Below, piece by piece: positions 1 to 13,760 of a stretch of 64,000 bases of DNA. Source of the stretch: Chiloscyllium plagiosum (taxonomy: Eukaryota); NCBI RefSeq assembly GCF_004010195.1, contig NC_057750.1, forward strand, positions 4,392,246 to 4,456,245, written 5' to 3'. Position numbers and translations under genes: made by a program. The notes below the pieces were generated by a model. It made no database searches. It was given only the letters and a program-made list of their open reading frames with translations, and was not told the origin of the DNA. Numbering within the stretch: position 1 is the stretch's first letter; each line of letters begins with the position of its first letter.

Positions 1-841
1 AGATGGGGATGGAGAAATGGGGGAGAGGGGGAAATGGGTAGGGGAAAATGGGGAGGTGTGTGAGGTGATGGAGGGGGTTCTGGAGTTCGGGGGTTAAATT
101 GGAGGAGAGAGGAGATGGGATGGAGTGAAGGTGAGAGGGAAGATGGGGGAGGGTTGGGGGATGTTTGATGAAAGTACACCCCACAGTGTGAAAGGCAGCA
201 TTTCCTTAGCCCCTTTCCCCACATTGGGACGTTCCTGAATCACTCGACCCTCTGCCAATGAAACTCTCTCTCGCTGTTGCAAGGATTGGCATTCTCACAT
301 GGGAGTCTGGGCTGGCATTCAGCAAGATCCCACAGAGTAGGGAGAATGGGGCATGGAGCCAATGTGCTGTAGGATGGAGTTGGGGGTGTGGAACAGAGAT
401 CCCAAACAGGAGGCCATTCGATCCATCACACCCTGACGAGGAAGGAGGGAGATTGGCGCCTGAACCAGGGATGGAGGCTGGGACAGGCCGGAGGGCACAA
501 CGTTCAGTTCATTTGCAGTGAGTGACAAATTTCCAGATTGTGTCTTATGGGGATGGGTTGGAGACAACCTTGAGAGAGATGCATGAAGGAGTTGTGTATG
601 TTTTCAATTTTCACCACCGCCCGATCACATGCACATAAGACATCATATCCACCAGCTTTAACATCCACTGCCTCAACCATCCATACAAAGTAGCAGCAGT
701 GACAAGATGCGCTGCAGAAATTCACCAAAAAGCCTCAGACAGCACCTTCCAAACCCACGACCACTTCCATCTAGAAGGTCAAGGGCAGCAGATCCCCCTG
801 CAAGTTCCCCTCCACTCACCGTCCTGACTTGGAAATATATC

Positions 842-1075
842 GCAGAAATTGCTGGAGAAACTCAGCAGGTCTGGCAGCACCTGTGGAGAGAAAGCAGAGC
901 CTTTCAGGTCCAGTGACCATTCCTCAGAACACATATTCATCTTCAGTTCTGAAGAAGGGTCACTGAACCCAAAATGTTAACTCTGCTTTCTCTCCACAGA
1001 TGCTGCACGACCTGCTAAGTTTCTCCAGCAATTGCTGCTTTAGTTTCTGATTTACAGCATCTGGAGTTCTTCTTT
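842..1075. mobile_element. Third family of palindromic Penelope-type element, older and decayed
   Basis: Imperfect inverted arms ~842-930 and 945-1038; AGTT-CTGAAGA-A-GGGT(CACTGA)ACCC-AAAA-TGTT-AACT at 945-982. Related copies ~20050-20165, 22045-22135, 49990-50050, 60965-61080, 62520-62600. Confidence 0.65.
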
Positions 1076-4000
1076 TTGGGGAATACATCGCTGTTTCTTC
1101 ATTTTCATTGGGCAAAGTATTGGTATTTCCTCCCTAATATTATTGTGGGTCAATCTACAGCACATAGATTGCAGCGGTTCAAGAAGGCAGCTCACCCCCC
1201 ACCTTCTCAAGGGGCAATAAGTGCTGACACAGACCATTCTGCCCACATCCCATGAAAAAGACTACACAACGTGCACCCTGAAAAGCCAATGACTTTAAGG
1301 CCTTTCCTACATGACCTCATTTTCACACCCAGAAGTGTTAAGTTGTGGCTGTTTGGCACATCATGTTATCTCTCCAGAGCTTGGTGTTTTTTAAAAAAGC
1401 TCGTGTTCATCAGCGATTGATCAATTGATCAGTCCATTATCAAGTCAATCAATTGGAGGATATTGTTTACATGGTGGTGAAGTCATATCCCTGTCAGTTT
1501 AGCTGTTACTAACCCTGACCCTCGCCCCTGCCAAAACACACACAAACTCCCGAATTCACTCCCCTGCATCTAACATCCCCAGGGAATTATGTTATCTGCC
1601 AGGATTCCTGCTCCAAATTACCATCCATTGGACAGTGCCAGAGGCAAAGGTCAGGGTGAGGATGACAGCAATACGATGGTGATACTCCCCAGGTAGAATG
1701 GTCACCGGCCCTTCCATTCCAGAGTCTCCTGTGAACTATGACAACTCTGGGGCCTGGGAGAGGTGACAGACAATGGCAAACTCCCCTGGGATCACAGAGA
1801 GGACAGAAATCAAAAGGGGAGAAAATCAGCTGGAACTACAGTAACACAGAGTCCAAGTCCCTGACTCATTGACCTCTCGGCCATACATAAGTCCAGGTCC
1901 AACTGATTAACCAACTAACTGGAACATTGTCAATCACTCTGTGCGCACTAACATACACACACAGTCTCTCTCTCACACACACACACATACATACACACAC
2001 CAACACTCCCACTCCCATCTATGCACATATAGTCAACAACAAAGCACACACTCACCAACATGCACGCATGTGAACGCACATACTGTCACCACCACTCTCC
2101 CCCACACTCCCAAACCCAACATACACACACACTCTCTCACTCACACACACACACACTCACACATATACACACACACACACATACACAGCAGTAGAGGTCC
2201 AATGACATCACTGTAATAACAAACCACCTGCCAGAATGTTCTAACAGACACAAAATTTATGGGTTTCCTGAGTGACAGGTAATGACTGGAGTACAGAGAT
2301 ACTGAGATACAGAGTGCGTACATTTAACCGGACTCTCTGCTGGAAGATGCTCTTAGTGCAATCACATCTTTTATTAATCAGTCACGTAATCGATACAATA
2401 GTAGATTAAACCAAGAGTCTCAGTGACCCTCTCACAGACTGAACACGGTCTACGCTCGGGGCAGGGTTAATGTAAGATCACTGTTTGTGTTGCTCTGTGA
2501 ACACAATCACCCCTGATCCCTGACCTCCAATCTGCCCAGACTAATAGATTCACACAATGAAGGAGGCCATTTGGTCTCTTGTGTCTGTGCTGATTCTCTG
2601 CAATAGCACTAGCTTGAAACTACGCCGTCATCTTTAACTTATCACCCTGAGCAATTTCTTCTTTTTCTGATTTCCTTTTGAGAGCCTCCACTGAAGCTGC
2701 CTCCATCAAATTCCAAATCCGCTGGGAGAAATAATTCCTCCATTGGGTGTTGTGTGCCAATTTCTGAAATCAGTCCCCTCAATCTTTCTGCCAACGGAGG
2801 CAGTTCCTCTGGATCACCTCTCTCCAGAACCCTCGTGGTTTTGAAATCCCCAACACCCCCCAATCCCCACCCCAACACCCCCCAATCCCCACCCCAACAA
2901 CCCCCACCTCCTGTGAACCTTCTCCTCATCGTGTAAAACAGCCCCAACCTCCCCCAACTCAAACCCCTCAAATTGGCACATTCCTTCAGCATCAGTGGGT
3001 CAAACTCTTCGAGCTCATGGACCCTACTCCATCAGAGGGAGCTGTCTTGGCAATGTCGCTGAATTATTCATCCAGGAGGCGCCCAGGCTAGTATCCTGGG
3101 GACACGTGTTTGAATCTCACCACAGTAGATGGTGAGTCAATAACAAATATGGAATTAGAAAGCCAGTTTAATGGAGACCATTGTGTGAAGGATCTGGAAT
3201 CAAAAACTAATCACCATGACCATGACATCATCAATTGTTGCAAAAACCCATCTGCTTCACCACTGACCTTTCGGGAAGGAAATCTGCCTTCCTTGCATGT
3301 CTGGTCTACACGTGACCCACAGCAATGGGGTTGACTGACCCCTGAAATGGCCAATTCGAGAGCCAGTCAGTTCAAAGACATGCAGCATGAGCGAGTGATT
3401 GAGTATCTGTCAGGTTGTTGCTAAGGTAAAATCCGAAACATTTGTTTCTGATATTTGTAACATGACTGATTAAATAATTTGGCATTATTCTTGTTTACCA
3501 TTGTTTGTGTTATTGTCTTCTGCATTTTGGGTGCAGACTGGGGAGGGGTGAAGTTTGGGGAGGAGGTGGGGAGTTGAATATTGGGGCAAGGGTGAGGATG
3601 AGGGAGAGATAGGGAGTGTGTGGGGTGGTATCCAGAGAGAATTTCTGTCCAGTAGCCTGTAAATCCTGATGGTAAAGCCTCTCGTTTGGAATCTGGGGCT
3701 GGTTTCTGGAGAATATGAAAATTGGTCTCTAGCTGATTAAATTACAGTGAGATTAAAAGAAAAAACACCTATTTCTCTCTGACAGATGGGAAATTTCACA
3801 CAGGGAGAATTTTCTAAATTATAAATCTCTCATTTCCTTCCCATTTTGATAATAAAGAAAAAAATCCTTTTTTTAACTAGAAGTCATTTAAACAATTAAA
3901 TTTGAAACATTAAGATTTGATTTTGGCAACTGGTATTTGTAGATTGTGTGAACAATACACACATTTTTTACAGTCTGTTATCACATCAAATCATAGAATG

Positions 4001-5047
4001 TTCCAGAACATTTTGTGCTGGTATTTTCATCACAAGGTCCTGCTCACCTCCCCCGACTGTAAGTATTCATTCTTTCAAAAATGACAATCACATTTTCTTT
4101 CTAAAACAAAAATTACTTGCACCATCTGTTAACAAGAACCAGACGATACAGAGGATCCAAAATGAAAACAGAAAGTTCTGGAAGCTTTGGGGGGGGGGGG
4201 GGGGAGAAAAGAGTCAGATCAGGCAAGTGTCTGAAAGGAGTTAAGATTTCAGTTCATCAGCCTCTCATCACCACCAGAAACGTTAAAACTCAGTTTTTCT
4301 CTCTCTCCTCAAATGGTGCTCGAGCCCTTCCAAGTGTTTGCGGTGTTTTCCTTTGTGTCTTTGCAACAGCCTGCATTTGTGCAGCGCCTTCAGCACAAGC
4401 AACCACACGCATGGAACCTGACTGTTGTTACAAAGAGAGATGGGGCGCCCAAATGTTTTCCTCCCTCACACTCATCAGGACCAGTTGCAAGAATGCCAAC
4501 TGCAAGTGGTCACAATAAATTGTACTACAGGAGAAAAGGGGGATAACATTGATTGGCTGAGGGGTTTCCGTGGAGAAGTCAGCAGGAAACTATTGGCTCA
4601 GCAGGCTCTCTTGGTGATTAAAAAAAAACACAACATTTGAAGCCATTCCCTTTTTTTTGTGAAGAGTAGGCTCCTGCATCTGGAAAAGAGCCACGTTATA
4701 AGCTTGACTGATTGTTTGCGATCATTTGAAATTTGGCACAGGTCCTGATGAGTGCACAATAAAACTCTCTGAGAAATGTCTCTCTTTTCAGCTTCTAATG
4801 TGAGTAAAATGACCTAAACATGTTACTAAACATCAACGAGTTTGACACCAAGTGATACCATGCACTAGCACAGGTGACCCTGAAAGATGATAATGAGGGA
4901 GGTGGAGAGATATAAGGAAAGAATTCCAGAGATTTGGGATCGGGCATTGCCAGCATTCACTATTTTTTTCATGGGATACAGGCGTCGTCAGTGTGGCATT
5001 TGTCCCTAATTGCCCCTTGAACAGAGTGGCCTGCAAGGGCCATTTGG

Positions 5048-5354
5048 GATGGCACGGTGGCACAGTGGTTAGCACTGCTGCCTCACATCCCCAGAGACCC
5101 AGGTTCGATTTCCAGCCTTGGGCAACTGTCTGTGTGGAGTTTGCACATTCTCCCCGTGTCTGCGTGGGTTTCCTCCCACAATCCAAAAATGTGCAGGTTA
5201 GGTGAACTGGCCATGCTAAATTGCCCATAGTGTTAGGTGTATTAGTCAGGGGTAAATGTAGGGGAATGGGTCTGGGTGAGTTACTCTTCGGAGGGTTGGT
5301 GTGGACTTGTTGGGCCGCAGGGCCTGTTTCCATACTGGAGGGAATCTAATCTAA
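5048..5354 (+). mobile_element. HE1-type tRNA-derived shark SINE
   Basis: tRNA-like head GGCACGGTGGCACAGTGGTTAGCACTGCTGCCTCAC...GGTTCGATT; CR1-like tail ending in (AATCT)n. Confidence 0.85.
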
Positions 5355-5479
5355 AAAAAATTTCATAGAGCAGTTAAGAGTCAACCCCATCGCTATGGGT
5401 CTGGAGTCACATACAGGTCCAAACTGGGTAAGGATGGCAGATTTCCCATTCTAAAGAGACATTAGATTAGATTACCTAT

Positions 5480-5796
5480 ATTAGATTAGATTAGATTACT
5501 TTCAGTGTGGAAACAGGCCCTTCAGCCCAACAAGTCCACACCGACCCTCCGAAGAGCGACCCACCCAGACCCATTCCTCAAAATTTACCCCTTCACCTAA
5601 CACTGCGGGCAATTTAGCTTGGTCAATTCACCCAGCCTGCACATTTTTGGACTGTGGGAGGAAACTGGAGCACCCGGAGGAAACCCACACAGACACGGGG
5701 AGAATGTGCAAACTCCACACAGAGAGTTGCCTGAGGCGGGAATTGAACCCGGGTCTCTGGCGCTGTGAGGCAGCAGTGCTAACCACCGTGCCACCC
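5480..5796 (-). mobile_element. HE1-type SINE
   Basis: Reverse-complement copy with (AGATT)n tail. Confidence 0.85.
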
Positions 5797-7018
5797 ATTA
5801 GTGAGCCAGCTGGGTTTTTACACCGTCACCGAGATTGAGACCAGTTCCAGATTTGATGAACTGAATTAGTTTCCATTGATGGGGTTTGACCCGTGTCTCC
5901 AGGCTATTAGCCTGAACCTCTGGATTATTAGCCCAGCTTCTCCCTTCTCCAATAATTGCCCCAGTGATTAAAACGGGGTGGGTAGGGGGTAGAGGACTTG
6001 TTTGCAGAGCTGGGGTGGGGTGGGTAAAGGTTTTGAATACAAACAGGTCAATCTTAAACTTGGGCACACTCAGACTGGAAGCCAGTTGTGAACAAGTGCA
6101 AGTTGAGCAGGCTGCTTGGGGAGAGGGGAGGAGGCATCAGACAAGGGGTTAACAGTGACAAAAGCATATATGACTAAAACAGCCCTCTTTAACAGGAAAT
6201 GCTCATGTCATACAAGCCGCCCATGTACTCCCTACAGAGTCTCCCAACTGCTACTTTAGAAGCTGTTTAAGTGACTCAGTCCATTGTAAAAATCAACCCA
6301 GCAGCAGGTTCGAATTCACTGTAAAATTGGCCAACAGAAACACCAAAGGAATGTGCATGTGTTTGTGATATCAGCAGGGGGTTGTAGCAAAGGGCCTTCC
6401 AGCAGCTGAGTGAGTGGGCACCATCTGCCTAAAGCACTTCCAGCTGGTGAGATTGGCGTCTCCTGGTCAGGCTGAGCTTTCCAAGAGATCCCCTCCGTCA
6501 CAGGCAGCCACTGGTCTTTACCTTGTGGGATTGTCGGGATCATCATCAGGCAGGATAATAAAAAGGAGCTGGAAGGAGCAGCCCCAAGCCCGAGACGACA
6601 TTACATGCAGCGACATCTCTTTTACAATTTGCAGCCTTGCTTTCAAATCTATTTCACGCCTCCGCCTCCTTTGCTATCTTTTTATAGATTCATTCACAGG
6701 TGGGCCAGCATTTAATGCCCATTCCTAAATACACAGAGGACAGTCAGGACTCAACCACACTGCTGTGGGTCTGGAGTCACCCAGACCAGGTAATTTCGGC
6801 AGATTTCCATCTGTAAAGGACATTAACAAACCAGACAGGTTTACCTTCACAATTGGCCGTGATTCCAGACATTTATTGAATTCAAATTCCACCATCTGTC
6901 ACGGCAGGATTCAAACCTGGGTTCACAGAACATTAACCACTGGAGTAATATTTTATCGATGATATTACCAGACTGTCACCTACCCCTCTAATCTTCTCTA
7001 AAACCCTCTGAGATCTGT

Positions 7019-7229
7019 GCTGAAAATGTGTTGCTGGAAAAGCGCAGCAGGTCAGGCAGCATCCAGGGAACAGGAGAATCGACGTTTCGGGCATAAGCCC
7101 TTCTTCCTGAAGAAGGGCTTATGCCCGAAACGTCGATTCTCCTGTTCCCTGGATGCTGCCTGACCTGCTGCGCTTTTCCAGCAACACATTTTCAGCTCTG
7201 ATCTCCAGCATCTGCAGACCTCGCTTTCT
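7019..7229 (+). mobile_element. Palindromic short Penelope-type (inverted pLTR) insertion
   Basis: Perfect 88-bp arms 7019-7106 and 7109-7196 plus a tail; 15-bp direct repeat CCTCTGAGATCTGTG at 7005-7019 and 7230-7244. Confidence 0.85.
7105..7136 (+). ncRNA. Minimal type I hammerhead ribozyme motif with intact core
   Basis: UC-CUGAAGA-A-GGGC(UUAU)GCCC-GAAA-CGUC-GA. Confidence 0.65.
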
Positions 7230-8120
7230 CCTCTGAGATCTGTGTCCTTTTTAATCCGACTTCTATCGGTGCGCCATTAGCGGCCGTGCCTTCAGCTGCC
7301 TGAGCCCCAGGCTCTGGAATTCCATCCCTCAACCTTTCCACCTCTCCCTGCCTCTTCAGGAGCCTCCTTGAAACCAACCATTTTGCCAAAGTTTTTGGTC
7401 ACCTGCCCTAATACTCCCTAATGTGGTTCGACGTCAGGTTTTGCCTGACAACCGTTCCTTGGCATGGTTTACCCTGTCCTTGGTGCTACATGAATGTAAT
7501 TTGTTGCGTTTTAAAAAAATGTTTTTGTCATCTGTACTCAAGTACAGAAGTAGAGTGGGTAGTGTCTAATAGCAGCACATACAGTGTCATCTTAGGTCCA
7601 AAAGTACCTAGGTACAAAAAATAACTCAGGTACAAAGTAGCAAAAGGAACAAGGTTAAAAAGTTAAACATTACAGACCTTCATAGAACAAATAAAAAATA
7701 ACGAAAGATGGTAATAGTTAACACTAAAGTCCTTCTTAACTTAAAGTAGAAAAATAAAAGAATAAAGTTAACATTTTAACAGTCTTTGAGTGCTTGCGAG
7801 CATCTCAATCTCCTCTGCTTAGCTCGCTCTCCAGGAGATAGCTATTCTTGCCAACGCTGCAGAAACTGGGGGATCTTCCCTGCTCTTAAGAATATCCTGA
7901 GCAGGTTCTGGGAGCATCATTCGGATTCCACAACAGACTCATGGTTAATCCTCAGCAGGACAGGCATCTCCTGATTTTGGGCACCATACTTTAGGAAGGA
8001 TGTAGAGGGTGCAGAGGAGATCTGAGGGGGACATGGTGCCTCAGTGACACAGACAGACTGGGTTGTTCTCCTCGGAGCAGGGAAGGTTAAGAGGAGATTT
8101 ACTAGAACTCTTCAAATTTC

Positions 8121-8317
8121 AAAATCACACAACACCAGGTTATAGTCCAACAGGTTTAATTGGAAGCACACTAGCTTTTGGAGCGACGCTCCTTCATCAG
8201 GTGATAGTCACTCCGAAAGCTAGTGTGCTTCCAATTAAACCTGTTGGACTATAACCTGGTGTTGTGTGATTTTTAACATTGTACACCCCAGTCCAACACC
8301 GGCATCTCCAAATCATG
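8121..8317. mobile_element. Second family of palindromic Penelope-type element with hammerhead-like core
   Basis: Inverted arms ~8121-8183 and 8211-8273; 13-bp direct repeat TCTTCAAATTTCA at 8109-8121 and 8318-8330; core CAC-CUGAUGA-A-GGAGC(GUC)GCUCC-(A)AAA-GCUA-GUG on the minus strand. Related copies ~8939-9058 and ~57115-57450. Confidence 0.75.
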
Positions 8318-10459
8318 TCTTCAAATTTCAGAAGGGTTCAAACAGGAAAAATAAGGAGAAACTGTTTTCACTGACAGGGGGCTTGGTAACTGGGGGGAAG
8401 GGGGGCATGGATTGACCAGAATTGGTGGGAGAATGTAAATGAATTAAATTTTAATTTTCAAAGTGAGTTGGAGAGATCTGGGACGCGTTACCCAGAAAGG
8501 AAACATTTTGAAGGCCATTGAGCGTGAGACTAATTGGAGAGCTCTCAAAGAGCAATCAGTGGTGTGATGGGCTGAATAGCCTCCTTCTGCTCTGTACCAT
8601 AGTATGTGCAGCCAGCACCGATGATACTCAATGACGCTGCAGTTGAGTGAGGGGGAGAAGCACTCGAACGATAAACAGACCCAGAATCTCTGAGACAGCC
8701 CACCCCCAGGTGACTGTGCAATGGAGAGACACTCCTGCACTGTCATAGGTACAGGGTCATCCCCATCATCTGGGAGCTGTGGTGGTCACTGTCTCAGACC
8801 TGTACAATTGTAATAGGAGACCTGGCACTCTTATCCCAAAGCCCTGCTTCACTGGCAACCTTCCCCCCACCCAACTGCCCACTACCACGAAACAGAGGGT
8901 TTTTAAAATATTCCTTTATGGGATAGGATTGTCACTGGCCTGATGAAGGAGCGTCGCTCCGAAGGCTAGTGCTTCCAAATAATCCTGTTGGACTATAACC
9001 TGGTGTTGTGTGATTTTTAACTTGGTCCACCCCAGTCTAACACCGGCCCCTCCACATCACTGGCAAAAGCTGTCTCTATTTGCCCTTTTAATTAAGTGGC
9101 TCACTCAGACCATTTCAGAGGGCAGTTAAGAGTCCACCACGCTGTTGTGGGTCTGGAGTCACGTGTAGGCTCAGACTGGGTAAGAATGGCAGATATACCC
9201 CTTAAAGAGCTTTAATGAACCAGAAGGGATTTTTTATGACTATCAATGATAGTTGTCCTGGTCACCATCACTGAGACTAGGTTTTCACTCGAGATTTATT
9301 GATTGAATTTCAAGAACACAGTACGTACAGCAAGATCCCACACACTGCGACATGGGTCACGACCAGATCATGTTCTTTTGGTCAGTTGACGTTTGACACC
9401 GGGGCGGGGAGCTCCCTTCATCTCTCATTGTGTGGCCCTATTTCCTTTCCCAATTGTATGTTTGTCCAACTCCCTTTTGGAAAATTCCCGTTGGATTTGC
9501 CCCCCAGATCACAACCACAAAATTTCGCCGCAGCTTCCCCTCCAGTTCTTTTATTGATTCCCATCAATCTCTGTCCCTCTGTCTGTCCAGCCACCGGGAA
9601 CCGTTTCTCTGGATTTAGTCCATTGGAATGTCCACTGATACCAACTATCTGCTGATAAATTCCAACAATGAATACTCGCCTCTGATTTTTTAAAAAATAT
9701 AAAGCTGATTTTTTTTCTTAAATCAAAAATATCTATTTATTTAGACGTAGGAATTAGGAGCAGGAGAAGGCCTTTCAGCCCTTCCGCCATTCAATATAAT
9801 CCTGGCTGATCATCCAACTCAAGTCCACTGTTCCCTCTTTCTTCCCAAACCTTGAAACATAGAATAGCACAGGAATAGACCCTTTGGCCCATCCTGTCTC
9901 TGCTGACCGTGATGCCAATCCAAACCAGTTTCATCTGCCTGCACATAGTCCGTATCCCCCTATTCCCTACCTGTTCATGTGTCTGTCTAAACCCCTCTTA
10001 AACGTTGCTATTGTATCTGCTTCTACACCTCCCTTGGCAGCACATTCAGGCGCCTACCACCCTCTGTGTGAAAAATGATGTCTCTTTTTTTTCTGAGGCG
10101 TGTTTATTTAAGATAGCTAACATGAAGTGCAGGCTAGTCTTTATGGTTGCGTTGGCATTAGAATTGAAACGCTGCTTGTCACTGGCTGAGGGGATGCACC
10201 CCTTTGATCCCTTTAACCCCAAGGACGAAACCCAGCTCCTTGAAAATGAACAGTTTTCTCTTTTTTTTCACTTTTAAAGGCTAGCATTTTATTATTCTTA
10301 ATCTCAATGTATTTCAGATATTTTGCTGTTACTGGATGTCAGCAAAGGCAGACTAACACCATCCAAACACTTCAACGTTTCAAACGGCCAGATCCAATCT
10401 CCCCCTTAACCTTCCCTGCTCCAAGGACAACGATTCTATATTCTCCACTCTATCCAAGT

Positions 10460-10950
10460 CATAGAATCATAGAGATGTACAGCACAGAAACAGACCCTTC
10501 GGGGCCCATGCCAACCAGATACCCCAACCCAATCTAGTCCCACCTGCCAGCACCCGGCCCATATCCCTCCAAACCCTTCCTATTCATATACCCATCCAAA
10601 TGCCTCTTAAATGTTGTAATTGTGCCAGCCTCCACCACCTCCTCTGGCAGCTCAATCCATACATGTCTCACCCTCTGTGTAAAAAAAGTTGCCCCTTAGG
10701 TCTCTTTTATATCTTTCCCCTCTCACCCTAAACCTATGCCCTCTAGTTCTGGACTCCCCCACCCCAGGGAACAGACTTTGTCTATTTACCCTATCGACGC
10801 CCCTCATAATTTTGTAAACCTCTATAAGGTCACCCCTCAGTCTCTGACGGTCCAGGGAAAACAGCTCCAGCCTGTTCAGCCTCTCCCTATAGCTCAAATC
10901 CTCCAACCCTGGCAACATCCTTGTAAATCTTTTTTGAACCCTTTCAAGTT
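10460..10950 (-). mobile_element. CR1/HER1-type LINE 3' fragment
   Basis: Encodes [40 protein letters not shown] (CR1 ORF2 C-terminus) and ends in a (CTATGA/T) tail. Confidence 0.88.
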
Positions 10951-13534
10951 ACTGAGGTCCCTTGTCGCCACCCTCCCCGACACCTTAGCATTGATCCGAA
11001 GATGCTGGGCCCAGAGATCATAAAGTAGGCGAGCAGCAGGAGGCCATTCAGCCCTTTGTGTCCACTCTGCCATTCAATAAGATCCTTGGCTGCTCCCATT
11101 GTGGATGTGAATTCACAAAACCCGCCAGTCAAAGAAAAATCTAATTGGGCCTCGAATTTAATCAGTGACCCAGCACACCCCTCACTGCTCTCTGATGAAG
11201 AATTCCGCAGACTCACGATCCTCTGAGAGAAGAAATTCCTTCTCATCTTCAACTTCTGACACATTTCTGTCAATGTTTTCACCTCAGCGAAGAGCTAATG
11301 TTGAAGACATTCAGTAAAAAAAAAGAACTGCCGACTGATTATACACCCAAGCCCTCACACACTCAGTGTGCACTGCATCTGCCCACAGATTATTAAAATT
11401 CAACAATTTATTCCTGCTTTTCCCTTTCAGAAAGTTGGGAAAACCGAATAGCAAGCACAATCGCTGACCCTTCCATTTGCCCCAAGTTTCAAGTCTTATC
11501 TGCGTATTTGTTGTGTTCGATTTTGGATTGAAGTGTTTGTTGGTGCGACAATCATTATCCAGGGACTCGGTTTCCAAACAGGAAAAGAACTCAGTGTTTC
11601 TATGAAGCGTTAATCTCACCCTGTGTTCTATTAAACACCAAACACAGTCAGTAAATGCTTCCAATTGAGGGGTATTTTTACTAAAACACAAACACTCCTC
11701 TCCATTTCCCATTAGTCTCATTTGGTTAATTTGGAAAAGGCCTGCATTTCTGTGACAGGACACTGAGGGAGCTGGAGCTCGGGGGGTGAGGGTCCAGAGA
11801 GACGTCACCCTGAGGAGGGCAAGGGAAGGTGACATCTCTGAGAAAGGGGCAATGACGGCTGGGGGAAAAGGGAAGGGGAGGAGAGGAGGGGGGAANNNNN
11901 NNNNNNNNNNNNNNNNNNNNNNNNNNNNNNNNNNNNNNNNNNNNNNNNNNNNNNNNNNNNNNNNNNGATGGGAAGAGTAGATAGAGAGGGAGGGGGAATA
12001 GGTGCGGTGGCTGGAAGGATTGGGGAAGTGGGCAGGAAGCGATTGTGGGGGGAGGCAGGAAGTAAAAGGAAGTTTAGAGAGGAAGGGAGAGGAAGACAGG
12101 GAAAAGAGGAAAGAAGAGAGAGGTATTGAGGGAAATGGTGAGGAGGGGTGGAGAGGGAACAGATTGAGGAAGACATCTTTGGGAAGAGGAGAGGAGATAT
12201 GGGGAGGCTGAGAGTAGGTTTGGGGAGACGTGGATGAGAGGTTTCCCTGTGCATCCTGAAATTCCTGCAGAATCCAACTCCTGACCATTGCGAGGGAGCT
12301 GGTCTTTTCCCTCAATGCCTCTCTCCTCCAAAATGACTCCTTCACTCAGTGAGAACAGCTCAGGGACTGGCTGTGAGAAATCCTCCATTTGGTTCTGACT
12401 CATTGGGGTGGGGGGGGGTGTAGATTGCCAAAAATTCGAGGAGTTACCCTTCAGCTGGGGGGGGGGGGGGGGAAGCAAGAGGTGATAGAATCTCCTCCCT
12501 TCCCATTAACCCAGTCTCTTTGTTCAGTGTGGCTGATGTGAAACTCTTCTGTGCTCATCCAGCTGACCCTGTGTAACACTGAGTTTGACTCAATCTGTTA
12601 AAATTCAGCCCCTACCAATTCCAACTGAATGAGCCCTCCTTCCAGCAGCCTCTCTCTCTCTCTCTGACCATCTCCCGGATCGAATACCCCTCCCCCAAGG
12701 CTTGGCCTGTGAACCTGAGCATTGAATGATAGCACAGAAGGAGGACATTCAGCCCATTGTATCAGGGCTAGCTCTCCAAAGCAGCAAAATTCACAGGTCC
12801 CACTCCCCCACCTATTCCTGTGCAATCTCCTTCAGCAGATCATAAAAACCAATTTCTTCTTTGGCAGCTTCGATTGAACATGCACGTTTCAGACCCTAAG
12901 CACTCGCTGTGGGTTAACATTTCTCCTCTTGTCCCTATTGCTACAAATGTCAAGGGCCCTAAACCTGTAATGCCTTGTGCCCAATCCTCCCACACCCCAG
13001 GGCAGTATTTCCAATCTGTCCAGACCCCTTGTGGCTTTGAATACTTCGATCTTATTTGAACTGCTCTCGGCTATTCAACTCGGTGAGCATCAGGAGCTAA
13101 GCTAAATCAGGGTCACTCCTTGCCCCTCTGAACTCTGCAGTATGCCACATCATTGCTGGCCACCCCTCTCTCTCTATGTGGCTGGTGTGTGGGTGCTTGG
13201 TGGAGATTGGGAAGGGGGTGGAATTTTGCTTATGTTCTCAGTGCTTACAGTCCCCCTGATGCCATCACACCCCCCCCCCGGCATCTTCAGAATAGCCACA
13301 GGAAACCCAACATTTGGGGGAAAAAAGCCACATTCCTGCTTTCCCAACCTTTAAAGAGAAATTCATCAGGCACATAAGCAAAAAAAATGACATTTCATTA
13401 AATTGAAAGAATGAAAAATCTAGAGCTTTCAGATTTGATTGTAAAACAAAAACAGACAAACCCCCGCAAACAAAAGCCTCCCCGCCCACTGTAAAACAAG
13501 CTTATTTTCAGAGGAGGTTTGTTTTCTATCGGCT

Positions 13535-13760
13535 CAACGTCTTGCCGCTCGGTCCACCGCCTTTAATTGCCCTGCAGTCCCCAGTGTCTGCCCCCGGGCG
13601 GCGCTGGCGAGCCGCTGCTGGCTGCAGCCCTCCCCTCGCTCTCATTAAAGGCGAGCGGCTCGCTGCCGCTGAGCCCTGATCAGCCCATTAGCCAGCATTG
13701 TAAACCACATATAACACTGGGCTACAATACACTCCACACGCCAGCAAGTCACCTTTAAGG
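13535..13760. promoter_or_regulatory. CpG/GC-rich non-repetitive element in intron 1 of the DPF1-like gene
   Basis: Local CpG enrichment in an otherwise CpG-poor window, with TAAT/ATTA cores, ~300-500 bp into intron 1. Confidence 0.4.

Noticed and set aside
6517..6546. Minus-strand ATG...CAAG|GTAAAG as an alternative DPF first exon
   Set aside because: Ends in phase 1, incompatible with the phase-2 junction into DPF exon 2.
11311..12345. 344-aa minus-strand ORF
   Set aside because: Spans an N gap and purine-rich low-complexity sequence; no recognisable domain.
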